Assembly: GCA_902535055.1 (NCBI GenBank)
Contig: CACASI010000002.1
Location: 15,333 to 79,332, forward strand
Length of the DNA stretch: 64,000 bases
Direction: 5' to 3'
From: an uncultured Candidatus Actinomarina sp.
Lineage (GTDB): Bacteria; Actinomycetota; Acidimicrobiia; Actinomarinales; Actinomarinaceae
The notes under the pieces are model-generated. The model was not told the origin of the DNA, did no database searches, and worked only from the letters and a program-made list of their open reading frames with translations. Positions within the stretch are counted from its first letter, which is position 1. The number at the start of each line of letters is the position of its first letter. The position numbers and the translations under genes were made by a program. Positions 47,008 through 56,495 of this stretch are shown one piece after another.

Positions 47008-48371
47008 TAATGTAATCCTTTCCCAGTTAAGCCAAGTAACGATTCGCCAACTGCCTCGCTTAATGTTGGATGTGCATGAATAAATTCTGCTGCCTCTTCT
47101 GGCAAAGCTTCCCAGCCAACCATATACATTATTTCATGTATCATTTCTCCAGCTGAAGGACCACATATACTTGCTCCAACTATTGGGCCTTTTTTTTCTG
47201 AATAAACTTTTACTAGTCCTTGATTTTGCTCAGTAATCATTGCTCTACCGATGCCAGCAAAGCTATGTTGTGATTGATCAATTTCGATATCATTTAACTT
47301 TGCTTTTTCGGCATTTAAACCAACCTCTGCCAGTTCCGGCCTTGTATAAACAACATATGGAATAGCGTTGTAATCAAGTGGCTTCTTGTCACCAGTTGCA
47401 ATAAATGTGACTGCAGAAATTGACTCTGCAAATGCTGCGTGAGCTAATTGAGGTGTATTAGCGACAATATCTCCTAAAGCAAAAATATTTTCTTCTGAGG
47501 TTTGAAACGTTTCTAGGTCAACATTTATAAAACCATTTTCAGTAACAATATTTACGTTGTCCAATCCAATATTTTCAGTCAATGGTGATCTACCAATAGC
47601 AACCAAAACAGAATCATATTCTTTAGTTTCGTTATCTGAAAAACTAACTTGTTTGTCATCAATCTTTTCAATTGAAGTATTTAATTTAAATTCAACTCCT
47701 CGTTTTGAAAGCTGTTTTCTTAACTCACCAGATGTTCTTTTATCTAATCCTGGAAGGATCTCTTTGGCAATCTCTACAACGGTAACTTCTGAACCAAGAT
47801 CATTAAGCAAGCTTGCAAATTCACAACCAATTGCACCGGCTCCAACAATACAAACTCTTTTGGGTGGCTCATCCCAATTAAGAGCACTGTCAGATGTAAC
47901 TATAAAGTTTTCATCAATTTTAATATCGGGCAGCTCTCTTGGTTTTGAACCTGTAGCAAGCAAGATATAATCACTTTCTACTTTTTCAGTTGAGCCATCA
48001 GATTTATTTACTAAGACGGTATTTTTATTTTCAATAGAGCCCCAGCCTTCAATAACTTTTACTTTTTTACCGTTTAAAAGTGTCTTAATTCCAGAAACTA
48101 GTTTATCAATTACCTCAATTCTTTTTAACGAGGTTTTTTTCCAATCAATTGTTTTATTCTCAATATTTATTCCATAGTTGCTAGAGTTGGATATTTCATG
48201 ATTTAACTCAGCAACATGAAGCCAATATTTTGCAGGAATACAGCCACGATTTAAACAAGTTCCCCCTAAAACATCGGATTCAATTAAGGTAATTTCTAGA
48301 TCAAAGTTGTGAGCATATAATGCTGCGGCATAACCAGCTGGGCCACCGCCAATAATTGTTAATTTTTTCAA
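47007..48371 (-). CDS. lpdA: Dihydrolipoyl dehydrogenase (E3)
   Basis: 454 aa with GGGPAGY, the redox-active GGTCLNRGCIPAK disulfide and a C-terminal HAHPTLSE. TTG start with an AAAGAGG SD. Confidence 0.92.
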   Translation of the reverse strand: MKKLTIIGGGPAGYAAALYAHNFDLEITLIESDVLGGTCLNRGCIPAKYWLHVAELNHEISNSSNYGINIENKTIDWKKTSLKRIEVIDKLVSGIKTLLNGKKVKVIEGWGSIENKNTVLVNKSDGSTEKVESDYILLATGSKPRELPDIKIDENFIVTSDSALNWDEPPKRVCIVGAGAIGCEFASLLNDLGSEVTVVEIAKEILPGLDKRTSGELRKQLSKRGVEFKLNTSIEKIDDKQVSFSDNETKEYDSVLVAIGRSPLTENIGLDNVNIVTENGFINVDLETFQTSEENIFALGDIVANTPQLAHAAFAESISAVTFIATGDKKPLDYNAIPYVVYTRPELAEVGLNAEKAKLNDIEIDQSQHSFAGIGRAMITEQNQGLVKVYSEKKGPIVGASICGPSAGEMIHEIMYMVGWEALPEEAAEFIHAHPTLSEAVGESLLGLTGKGLH

Positions 48372-48535
48372 ATTACCTCTTTCAAGATAGGGTCGCTATC
48401 AAATCGAGATAATAACTGCAATACATTAAGGGGTTCCCTGTATGTATTGGTCAAAGTTATTGTCACTATTAAATCTAATGGAAAAGATGCTTACATCCAA
48501 CTCAGGATAACTCATTAATCAGATACAATATTGCT

Positions 48536-48622
48536 ATGCAAACAAGACATCTTATAATTGCTTCTTTAGTTACCGCAATTGTAATTGTTGTTGCATTTGG
48601 TGTTTGGGTCATGACTAATTAA
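48536..48622 (+). CDS. Possible 28-aa single-TM micro-protein
   Basis: My translation is MQTRHLIIASLVTAIVIVVAFGVWVMTN*. It ends 1 nt before the TTG start of the MBL gene. It is too short to support strongly. Confidence 0.2.
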   Translation: MQTRHLIIASLVTAIVIVVAFGVWVMTN

Positions 48623-48623
48623 G

Positions 48624-49580
48624 TTGAAGAACTTTAATCTTGGTCATGGAATTTTACATTTTCCATTAAAACTCCCCTGGAGTCCACCCGGGTTTGTAAA
48701 TATTTATCTTATTGAGGATGATGATGGCTACATCATGATTGACTGTGGTGTAAATGGAGATGAATATTTTGAAGATCTAAAAATGAATTTAAACAATCTA
48801 AACATACAGCTTTCAGATATTAAATTACTAATCGGAACACATTTACATTCTGATCATGTCGGGCTTTCAACTGTTTTAAGAAATGAAGGAATAAAATTCG
48901 GCCTATATAAAAACGCACCCGATTTTATTCCACGTTACAATGACTGGTCATCTCGTTTCAAAGCAATAGAAGAATATGCAAAAAAACAAGGAGCACCAAA
49001 AGAGTTTTTAGACGACATGAACTCTATAACTACTCCAACTACAACTGGAAAAATTACTCACCCAGAAATACTATTTGATGAAGGAAAAATTAAAAATATA
49101 GATCGGGATTTACAAGTTATATTTACACCTGGTCATGACATATCAGAAATTTCATTGCTTGATACCTCAAGTAAAATTATTTTTTCTGGTGACCATATTC
49201 TTCCACGAATAACTCCATTTATCCCTTTTCATGACGAAGATACAGATATGTTGTCTAACTATGTAAATTCTTTAGAAAAAGTAAACAGTATTGATCATGA
49301 AAAAATTGCTCCTGGGCATTTTGAAGTAATTGACAGCCCTCAAAATAGAATTGAGCAAATTCTTTTACATCATGAGAAAAGATCAAAAAAGATCATTGAT
49401 ATTTTATCAAATGGGGATTTAACAGGATGGGAAGTAACCCAAAGTTTGTTTTCAAGACCACTTGATTCTTGGAATTTACGTATGGCTTTTCAAGAAACAA
49501 TGGCTCATCTGAAATATATAGAGTCTCAAGGATTAATTAAACAAAACGGATCGAAAACGATTACTTGGGAAGTTATTTAA
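48624..49580 (+). CDS. MBL-fold metallo-hydrolase
   Basis: 318 aa with the HLHSDHVG (HxHxDH) motif and a C-terminal winged-helix-like tail. Confidence 0.8.
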   Translation: MKNFNLGHGILHFPLKLPWSPPGFVNIYLIEDDDGYIMIDCGVNGDEYFEDLKMNLNNLNIQLSDIKLLIGTHLHSDHVGLSTVLRNEGIKFGLYKNAPDFIPRYNDWSSRFKAIEEYAKKQGAPKEFLDDMNSITTPTTTGKITHPEILFDEGKIKNIDRDLQVIFTPGHDISEISLLDTSSKIIFSGDHILPRITPFIPFHDEDTDMLSNYVNSLEKVNSIDHEKIAPGHFEVIDSPQNRIEQILLHHEKRSKKIIDILSNGDLTGWEVTQSLFSRPLDSWNLRMAFQETMAHLKYIESQGLIKQNGSKTITWEVI

Positions 49581-49779
49581 AAGGTTTATAGCTTCTATTC
49601 ATTGCTTCCTCGAGAGAATCAGGAGCAAATGATTGCAATTGATTATTCTGGACCAACTGTTTTTCTTCTTCAAGTGACTGAAGAATTTTAAAATGATCTT
49701 CATTGTCGCAATCGTAAACTTTCATATTTTTGCGATAACCAATAAATCTATAATTCTCAAATTTTGAAAGTCTTGGCAA
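49573..49779 (-). CDS. Small hypothetical protein
   Basis: 68-aa ORF directly downstream of the acyl-CoA dehydrogenase gene on the same strand. No recognised motif. Confidence 0.35.
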   Translation of the reverse strand: MPRLSKFENYRFIGYRKNMKVYDCDNEDHFKILQSLEEEKQLVQNNQLQSFAPDSLEEAMNRSYKPFK

Positions 49780-49781
49780 TT

Positions 49782-50903
49782 TTATAAACTAAGAAGTCGA
49801 GCAACATCATTTCTGGCAGATTTAGAAGTGCCAAAAATTAAGGAGTCCGACTTTGCCTTTTTAAAGTATAGATGTGCAGGATGTTCCCAAGTGAATCCAA
49901 TACCACCATGAACTTGAATTGTATCGCCTGCAACTTTATTAAAAACTTCAGAGCAATATGCTTTAGCCATCGAGGAGCTCATCTCAAGTTCTATTGGGTC
50001 ATCAATATCCACTCTCACAGAACTGTAAGCTATGGATTTTGCACTTTCAATCTGTAAAACCATATCGGCACACATATGTTGAATAGCCTGAAACGATCCA
50101 ATTGGTCTTCCAAACTGTATTCTTTCTTTTGCATATTCTGTAGACATATCCAAGCATGCTTGAGCGCCACCAACTTGTTCCATTGATAGAAATGATAGGG
50201 AGATATGTTTTACTTTATTCCATAAATTATTGTCTTCAGTAATTTCAAACATAAAATTATCTTTACTTATTTCTACATCTTGAAAATTGATTTCTGTCAT
50301 TGGTCTCGATTGGTCCAAAGAAGTTGTCTCTTTTATTGAAATACCAGGAGTTTCTTTTTCAACTAACAAAAATTTAAATCCATCAGTCCCTTTTGCAAGA
50401 ACAGCAATTAAATCTGATGAGTCGCCAAACATAACGTAGCTTTTATTTCCATTCAACAAATAACCCTTCTCACTTGTTTCGAATGTAGTCTCAATATTTT
50501 GTTCATTAATTTCATACTTATCATTTTCATAAATAGCATAAGTTCCAATTTTTGATCCAGTTATTATATCTTGTAGAAATTTAGTTTTTAAATCATCTTC
50601 GGAATGAAGTAAAAGCTGTTTGAAAACTACTCCGGAACTAAAAAATGGAACTATGGGCATATAGTAACCAAATACTTCAGACAGAATTGAAGAGTCGATT
50701 TGTGAAAATCCTAACCCGCCATCTTGTTCAGGTACATCAAGGCCTAACCAACCTTGCTCATTAATAAGCTGCCATAATTCAGTATCAATTCTTGTATTGT
50801 CATCAAACTTCTTAATCAGTTCAAGTAAATCTACTTTTTCAGATAATAACTTCGTAGCATTTTCTTTAATTTCGTTTTGTAAATCTGTAAGACTAAATTG
50901 CAT
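49782..50903 (-). CDS. Acyl-CoA dehydrogenase-family protein
   Basis: 373 aa with three-domain ACAD architecture and C-terminal blocks QFGRPIGSFQAIQH and QVHGGIGFTWEH. Confidence 0.85.
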   Translation of the reverse strand: MQFSLTDLQNEIKENATKLLSEKVDLLELIKKFDDNTRIDTELWQLINEQGWLGLDVPEQDGGLGFSQIDSSILSEVFGYYMPIVPFFSSGVVFKQLLLHSEDDLKTKFLQDIITGSKIGTYAIYENDKYEINEQNIETTFETSEKGYLLNGNKSYVMFGDSSDLIAVLAKGTDGFKFLLVEKETPGISIKETTSLDQSRPMTEINFQDVEISKDNFMFEITEDNNLWNKVKHISLSFLSMEQVGGAQACLDMSTEYAKERIQFGRPIGSFQAIQHMCADMVLQIESAKSIAYSSVRVDIDDPIELEMSSSMAKAYCSEVFNKVAGDTIQVHGGIGFTWEHPAHLYFKKAKSDSLIFGTSKSARNDVARLLSL

Positions 50904-50978
50904 TACTTTATTCTAATTTTGTTTTCAAATTTGACTAATCAAATGTCATTTGTTTTTTAATAGAATTAATATGGATAT

Positions 50979-51704
50979 GTGTTAGAAATTGAAAATTTAC
51001 ATGCATCTGTAGAATCAACTCCAATCATTAAGGGAGTCAACTTAGAAATAAACCCAGGGGAAGTTCATGCAATTATGGGACCTAATGGTTCTGGGAAATC
51101 AACACTTGCAAATGTCTTGATGGGTAATCCAGTTTATGAAATTACAGAGGGAAAAATTACATTTAGTGGAGAAGATATCACAGAAGAACCAGTAGATAAT
51201 CGTGCAAAGAAAGGTATGTTTCTTGCTTTTCAGTATCCAGAGTCAATACCTGGTGTGACAATTGTAAATATGCTCAAAACTGCTCTTACTAATATCGAAG
51301 AAACTGAATACACCACTGTGGAACTTAGACTAAAAGTTGCAGAAGCAATGAAAGACTTGGGTCTTTCACCAGATTTTGTTGATAGATATTTAAATGATGG
51401 TTTCTCAGGTGGAGAACGAAAAAGAAATGAGATTTTACAACTTGCAGTTTTAAACCCTAAACTTGCAATTTTAGATGAAACTGATTCAGGGCTTGATGTT
51501 GATGGTTTAAGAATTGTAGGAGAAGGAATTAGTAATTTAAGAACGCCAGATCGTGGTTACCTTGTAGTAACTCATTACCAGAGATTATTGGAATATGTTA
51601 AACCAGATTATGTTCATGTATTTGTAGATGGAAATATTGTAGAAACTGGTGGCACAGAGTTATCTGATAAGCTAGAAAAAGAAGGGTACGAATCTTACCA
51701 ATGA
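50979..51704 (+). CDS. sufC: Fe-S cluster assembly ATPase SufC
   Basis: 241 aa with GPNGSGKST, FSGGERKRNEILQ, LDETDSGLD and a VTHY block. GTG start. Confidence 0.9.
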   Translation: MLEIENLHASVESTPIIKGVNLEINPGEVHAIMGPNGSGKSTLANVLMGNPVYEITEGKITFSGEDITEEPVDNRAKKGMFLAFQYPESIPGVTIVNMLKTALTNIEETEYTTVELRLKVAEAMKDLGLSPDFVDRYLNDGFSGGERKRNEILQLAVLNPKLAILDETDSGLDVDGLRIVGEGISNLRTPDRGYLVVTHYQRLLEYVKPDYVHVFVDGNIVETGGTELSDKLEKEGYESYQ

Positions 51705-52924
51705 GCAAATTTAAAAATATCAAAAAAGATTTTCCAATATTTGAAAGAGATATCAATGGTAACAAGTTAACTTACTTGGATTCAGGAGCAACCTCACAAA
51801 AACCAAACTCCGTGATTGATAAAATGACGGAGATCTATAAATTTAATAATGCAAATGTTCACAGAGGAACTTATGTTCTTTCAGCTGAAACGACTCAAGA
51901 ATATGAGTCTGTACGATCTAAATTTCAATCTTTTTTAAATGCATCTCAATCGGATGAGATAATTTTTACAAAAGGCACAACCGAAGCTCTCAATTTCTTA
52001 GCTAACTCAATAGCAAATAAGTTTATGAGTGAAGGTGATGAAATTATTTTGTCAGAAATTGAACATCATGCGAATATTATTCCTTGGCAAATGGTGGCTG
52101 AAAAATATAAATTAAGCATTAAGTATGTAAAAGTTAATGAAGACTTTTCTCTAGATCTTGATGATTTATCCTCCAAACTTTCTTCAAAAACAAAAGTCGT
52201 TTCAATTGTCGGTGAATCAAACCTATCGGGAATGCTTCCTGATATTAAAGAGATAAATAATCTAGTAAGAGCAAATTCTGAAGCGTTATTAATTATTGAT
52301 GGTGCACAATTGGTTCCTCATAGAAAAGTTGATGTCCAGGATTTGGGAATTGATTTCCTGGTATTCTCTGGACATAAGATGTTGGGTCCAACTGGTATAG
52401 GTGTAGTTTGGGGTAAAAAAGAACTTCTAAATTCTCTTGACCCTGTTTACGGTGGCGGCGATATGATTGAGGAAGTTCATTATGATAAAGCGACTTGGGC
52501 ACCAGTTCCTCATAAATTCGAGGCAGGTACTCCCCCTTATGTTGAAGCAATTGGTCTTGGAGCAGCCGTAGATTATTTACAAGATCTTGGGATGTCTGAA
52601 GTTGAAAAACACTCAGATGAATTGCGTGAATATGGAAGGAAAGTTCTTTTAGATATTGATGGAGTAAATGTCATCCATTCTCAAGAAACTATTGCAGGAT
52701 GTACTTTCGGGATGTATGTAGATGGTGTTCATGCGGCAGATCTTTCTTTAATGCTGGATACACATGGGGTCGCTGTAAGAGCAGGTCATCATTGTGTACA
52801 ACCATTTCATAGAAAATTAGGTATAGATGCAACAATTAGATCGACAGCTTACATTTATAACGATAAAGAAGATATTGATACATTAAAGTCAGCACTTATA
52901 TCAAGTGTCGAAATGCTGAGATAA
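51701..52924 (+). CDS. sufS: Cysteine desulfurase SufS (class II)
   Basis: 407 aa with the PLP-lysine FSGHKMLGPTGIG and the active-site RAGHHC block. Confidence 0.9.
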   Translation: MSKFKNIKKDFPIFERDINGNKLTYLDSGATSQKPNSVIDKMTEIYKFNNANVHRGTYVLSAETTQEYESVRSKFQSFLNASQSDEIIFTKGTTEALNFLANSIANKFMSEGDEIILSEIEHHANIIPWQMVAEKYKLSIKYVKVNEDFSLDLDDLSSKLSSKTKVVSIVGESNLSGMLPDIKEINNLVRANSEALLIIDGAQLVPHRKVDVQDLGIDFLVFSGHKMLGPTGIGVVWGKKELLNSLDPVYGGGDMIEEVHYDKATWAPVPHKFEAGTPPYVEAIGLGAAVDYLQDLGMSEVEKHSDELREYGRKVLLDIDGVNVIHSQETIAGCTFGMYVDGVHAADLSLMLDTHGVAVRAGHHCVQPFHRKLGIDATIRSTAYIYNDKEDIDTLKSALISSVEMLR

Positions 52925-52926
52925 AA

Positions 52927-53340
52927 ATGTCTATAAGAGAAAAAGTCGATGAGTACAAAAAAATACTTGAAATATTCCCTAACGATCAGGAGAAGTATCA
53001 ATATTTAATTGAGAAAGCTAAAGAAAATGACTCATTTCCTTCAGAATTAAGATTAGATAATTTCAAAGTAAATGGTTGTCAAAGTCAAGTTTGGCTTGTC
53101 CCTGAAGAAAAAGATGAAAAACTTTTCTTTAATAGTGATTCAGATGCTCTCATTGCAAAAGGATTAGTTACTTTGATTGCATCTATTTATTCAGACGAAA
53201 AGGCTGAAGATATCGTTTCAAATGAAATAGATTTAATGGAAGAGTTTGAATTAGGTGTGATTTTAAGCCCTGCTCGAAGAAACGGTGCTTATAGTATGCT
53301 CAAAACAATTAAAGAATATGCAAAAAAACTAATTACTTAG
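52927..53340 (+). CDS. sufE: Sulfur acceptor SufE
   Basis: 137 aa with the VNGCQSQVWL active-site Cys loop typical of SufE/CsdE. Confidence 0.85.
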   Translation: MSIREKVDEYKKILEIFPNDQEKYQYLIEKAKENDSFPSELRLDNFKVNGCQSQVWLVPEEKDEKLFFNSDSDALIAKGLVTLIASIYSDEKAEDIVSNEIDLMEEFELGVILSPARRNGAYSMLKTIKEYAKKLIT

Positions 53341-53818
53341 CTTTTTCTTCCCACCAGGACTCGTGTGGGAAATCAATCCAAACGTCCGCTGTATCTTTTG
53401 CTAGATCACGTATAAAATAATGTGGTTTGAATTCACATTCGTTGTTCCACCATAGTGAAGCAAATCTAACATCACACTCAAAATTTATATTGTCTCTTAT
53501 ATATTCTGATAGCCTTACAAATGTCTCACCACTATCACATATGTCATCGACAATTAAGATTTTTTCATCTTTAGGTTTTGGAAGATAGTTTTCCCAATGA
53601 GGGAAGTCTCTTGTTGAGGCGTGAACTGGCTTAAATGGAATTTCTAATTTGTGTGAAATCATAACACCAGGAATTAACCCACCTCGACTGATACCAACAA
53701 CAACATCAGGTATAAATTGATCAGCCTCCAACTGATCACACATTTTGTTTGTGTCATCAAATTGTTCATCCCAGGTATAAAAAAGTTTTTCCATAATAGT
53801 AAGTGCTAATTCTATCAA
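53333..53818 (-). CDS. Purine phosphoribosyltransferase (xanthine-guanine PRT-like)
   Basis: 161 aa with the GISRGGLIPG and ILIVDDICDSGET PRPP-binding motifs. It resembles E. coli Gpt as I recall it. The true start may be the internal MEKLFYTWD. Confidence 0.7.
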   Translation of the reverse strand: MIELALTIMEKLFYTWDEQFDDTNKMCDQLEADQFIPDVVVGISRGGLIPGVMISHKLEIPFKPVHASTRDFPHWENYLPKPKDEKILIVDDICDSGETFVRLSEYIRDNINFECDVRFASLWWNNECEFKPHYFIRDLAKDTADVWIDFPHESWWEEKAK

Positions 53819-53922
53819 AATTTTTTACCATGGAGTTCTTTTATCTCATAAAAAAATAAAACTAAATGAAATGTTCTAAATAACTCAGTGTCTATACTTG
53901 AAAATATGAAAAGGAGGTAAGG

Positions 53923-54951
53923 ATGCGCAGAAGTTGGGCAGTAGGCCTAATAATTATCAGTATTCTTACTATGGCCTGCGGTGGAGCCGCAGACGTAGAT
54001 GATTACAAAGCTGCTTTTGTTTATCTAGGATCCGCAAATGACGGAGGATGGACACAGGCACATGACGAAGGACGTCAATATCTTGTCGAAGAGACCGGGA
54101 TAGAGACAGCTTTCACAGAAGATGTTCCCCCAGATGCAACAGAATTTAGAACAGTTGCAGAAGCATATATTGAGCAAGGCTACAATATAATCTTTGGAAC
54201 AACTTTCGGCTATCTAGATATCATGGAGGAAATGGCATTGGAATATCCTGATGTTACGTTCCTTCACTGTTCTGGATATAAATCTAATGACTCAAACTAT
54301 ACAAATTATTTTGGAAAAATATATGAAGCAAGATATTTGTCAGGCTTGGCAGCTGGTTCACTAACTGAATCAAATAAGATTGGCTATGTAGCTGCATTTC
54401 CAATACCAGAAGTTATTAGAGGAATAAATGCTTTTGCAAATGGTGTGAAAGAAGTAAATCCTAATGCAACTGTTGAAGTTGTATGGACAAATACATGGTT
54501 TGGTCCAGAGGAAGAAACACAAGCTGCAAACGCTCTCTTAGAAGCTGGGGCTGATGTTCTTACGCAACATCAAGATTCTGCATCTACAGGAATTGCCGCA
54601 GAGGCCGCTGGAGCTAAGTGGATTGGCTACCACACAGGTTATGGTCAAGAAGCAGCTCCAAATGCATTTGTTACTGCACCAGTATGGAACTGGGGACCAC
54701 TTTATACTGAAATGGTAAACGCAGTAGTTAACGACGAATTTACAACAACTCCATATTGGACAGGGATGTCTGATAATGTTGTTGATTTATTTGAAGTATC
54801 TGATGACGTATCGAGTGATATAAAGACACTCATCGAGGACAGAAAACAAGAAATTATTGACGGAACTTTTGAAATTTTCGAAGGTTCAAGTGATGGTGAC
54901 TTGTTGGGCATGTTCTACTTTGTTGACAACGTTGTAGGTACATTAGATTAA
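53923..54951 (+). CDS. BMP-family (PnrA/Med-like) lipoprotein, substrate-binding component of a nucleoside/purine-type ABC importer
   Basis: 342 aa with the lipoprotein signal LTMACGG and BMP blocks GDGGW-like NDGGWTQAH and FPIPEVIRGINAF. It has a strong SD (aaaggaggtaagg). Confidence 0.85.
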   Translation: MRRSWAVGLIIISILTMACGGAADVDDYKAAFVYLGSANDGGWTQAHDEGRQYLVEETGIETAFTEDVPPDATEFRTVAEAYIEQGYNIIFGTTFGYLDIMEEMALEYPDVTFLHCSGYKSNDSNYTNYFGKIYEARYLSGLAAGSLTESNKIGYVAAFPIPEVIRGINAFANGVKEVNPNATVEVVWTNTWFGPEEETQAANALLEAGADVLTQHQDSASTGIAAEAAGAKWIGYHTGYGQEAAPNAFVTAPVWNWGPLYTEMVNAVVNDEFTTTPYWTGMSDNVVDLFEVSDDVSSDIKTLIEDRKQEIIDGTFEIFEGSSDGDLLGMFYFVDNVVGTLD

Positions 54952-54960
54952 ATGTTTATA

Positions 54961-54998
54961 TTACAGCACCTCTTAATTGAGGTGCTGTAATTTTTTTT
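54961..54998 (+). terminator. Rho-independent terminator/attenuator between the SBP and ATPase genes
   Basis: A perfect 12-bp stem TTACAGCACCTC / GAGGTGCTGTAA with a 6-nt loop, followed by T8. It directly abuts the ATG at 54999. Confidence 0.8.
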
Positions 54999-56495
54999 AT
55001 GAGTAATAAATTTTTAGAAACCAGGAATGTAACCAAAACTTTTGGAAAAATAAAAGCTTTAGATGACGTAAATTTTAACTTATATAAAGGCAAAATCCAT
55101 GGGTTGCTTGGTGAAAATGGAGCTGGAAAATCATCTCTTATGAATGTATTGTCTGGTATATACCAACCTGAAAAAGGATCAATCTATCTTGATGGCCAAA
55201 AAGAAAAAATCTTAAGTCCCGATATTGCATCCCAACTAGGAATCGGAATGGTTCATCAAGAGTTTCGATTAGTTGAGAGCTTCAGTATTAAAGATAATTT
55301 AACCCTTTCTAAATCAAATATTTACAAAGATAATTTCTTAAAATCTTTTAAAAAATATTCTGAAATTTTTGCCCTGAACGTAAATGAAAATGAAATAATT
55401 TCAGATTTGTCGGTAGGAGAAAAACAAAAAATTGAAATAATGAAATTAATTTTTAATGACAGCAACATAATGCTCCTTGATGAACCTACAGCTGTTCTTA
55501 CTCCTCAGGAAACTTCTCAACTTAAAAATTCTCTTGTGACTTTAGCACAAGAAGATATGAAAACGATTGTGTTGATTACTCATAAATTAAAGGAAATCAA
55601 AGAATTCACTGAAATTGTTTCAGTTATGAAAAATGGAAAGATGGTTGCTAAAGATTTGGCAACAAAAGATGTGACAGATAATCAGCTTATTGAACTGATG
55701 ATGGGCACTGTAAAAACATCTACTGTTGATAAAGATAATAAAATTGGACAAATTAAATTAAATGTTGAGAATATAAATTTTATAGATGAAGTTAGCAATA
55801 TAAAAAAACTAGAAGAGATTAATTTCCATGTAAAATCAGGAGAAATTTTAGGTTTAGCTGGGGTGTCAGGAAATGGTCAAGTGGAGCTTGCAAATATTAT
55901 CTCAGGAATTGAAAAAATATTTGAAGGAAAAATAATTATTAATAATAAAGATGTTTCTAATAAAGGAGTGAGGTCTAGAAAGAAGCTTAATTTATCCTAT
56001 ATTCCTGAAAATAGACTTGGGGTTGGACTAGCTCCTGGTGTTTCAGTGATAGATAATTCAATAGTTAGAGATTATTTTCATACAAAACTTGGTCCACATT
56101 TATCAAAAAACAAAACATCAAATTTTCTGGAAAGCTTAATAAAACAATTTTCAATAAAAGCTCCTAATCCAAAAGCTGAAATTTCTACATTATCTGGAGG
56201 AAATATGCAGAAGTTGTTGATGGGTAGAGAATTAGTTGGAGATCCCGATGTAATAATTGCCTCCCAACCAACAAGAGGTCTAGATGTAAATGCAGTTGAT
56301 GCAATTCATAATTTATTGATTGACCAAAGAAATAAAGGTTCGGCAATTTTTTTAATTTCTGAAGATCTAGATGAATTATTTAAGTTATCTCACCGATTAT
56401 TAGTTATCTTTGAAGGAAAAATTGTAAAATCTTTCAACACCACAGATGCAAATATTAATGATGTTGGTTTAGCTATGGCGGGTGCTAGTGAATAA
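54999..56495 (+). CDS. ABC importer ATPase with duplicated ABC domains
   Basis: 498 aa with Walker A GENGAGKSS in the first domain, plus GVSGNGQ and LSGGNMQK in the second. Confidence 0.9.
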   Translation: MSNKFLETRNVTKTFGKIKALDDVNFNLYKGKIHGLLGENGAGKSSLMNVLSGIYQPEKGSIYLDGQKEKILSPDIASQLGIGMVHQEFRLVESFSIKDNLTLSKSNIYKDNFLKSFKKYSEIFALNVNENEIISDLSVGEKQKIEIMKLIFNDSNIMLLDEPTAVLTPQETSQLKNSLVTLAQEDMKTIVLITHKLKEIKEFTEIVSVMKNGKMVAKDLATKDVTDNQLIELMMGTVKTSTVDKDNKIGQIKLNVENINFIDEVSNIKKLEEINFHVKSGEILGLAGVSGNGQVELANIISGIEKIFEGKIIINNKDVSNKGVRSRKKLNLSYIPENRLGVGLAPGVSVIDNSIVRDYFHTKLGPHLSKNKTSNFLESLIKQFSIKAPNPKAEISTLSGGNMQKLLMGRELVGDPDVIIASQPTRGLDVNAVDAIHNLLIDQRNKGSAIFLISEDLDELFKLSHRLLVIFEGKIVKSFNTTDANINDVGLAMAGASE

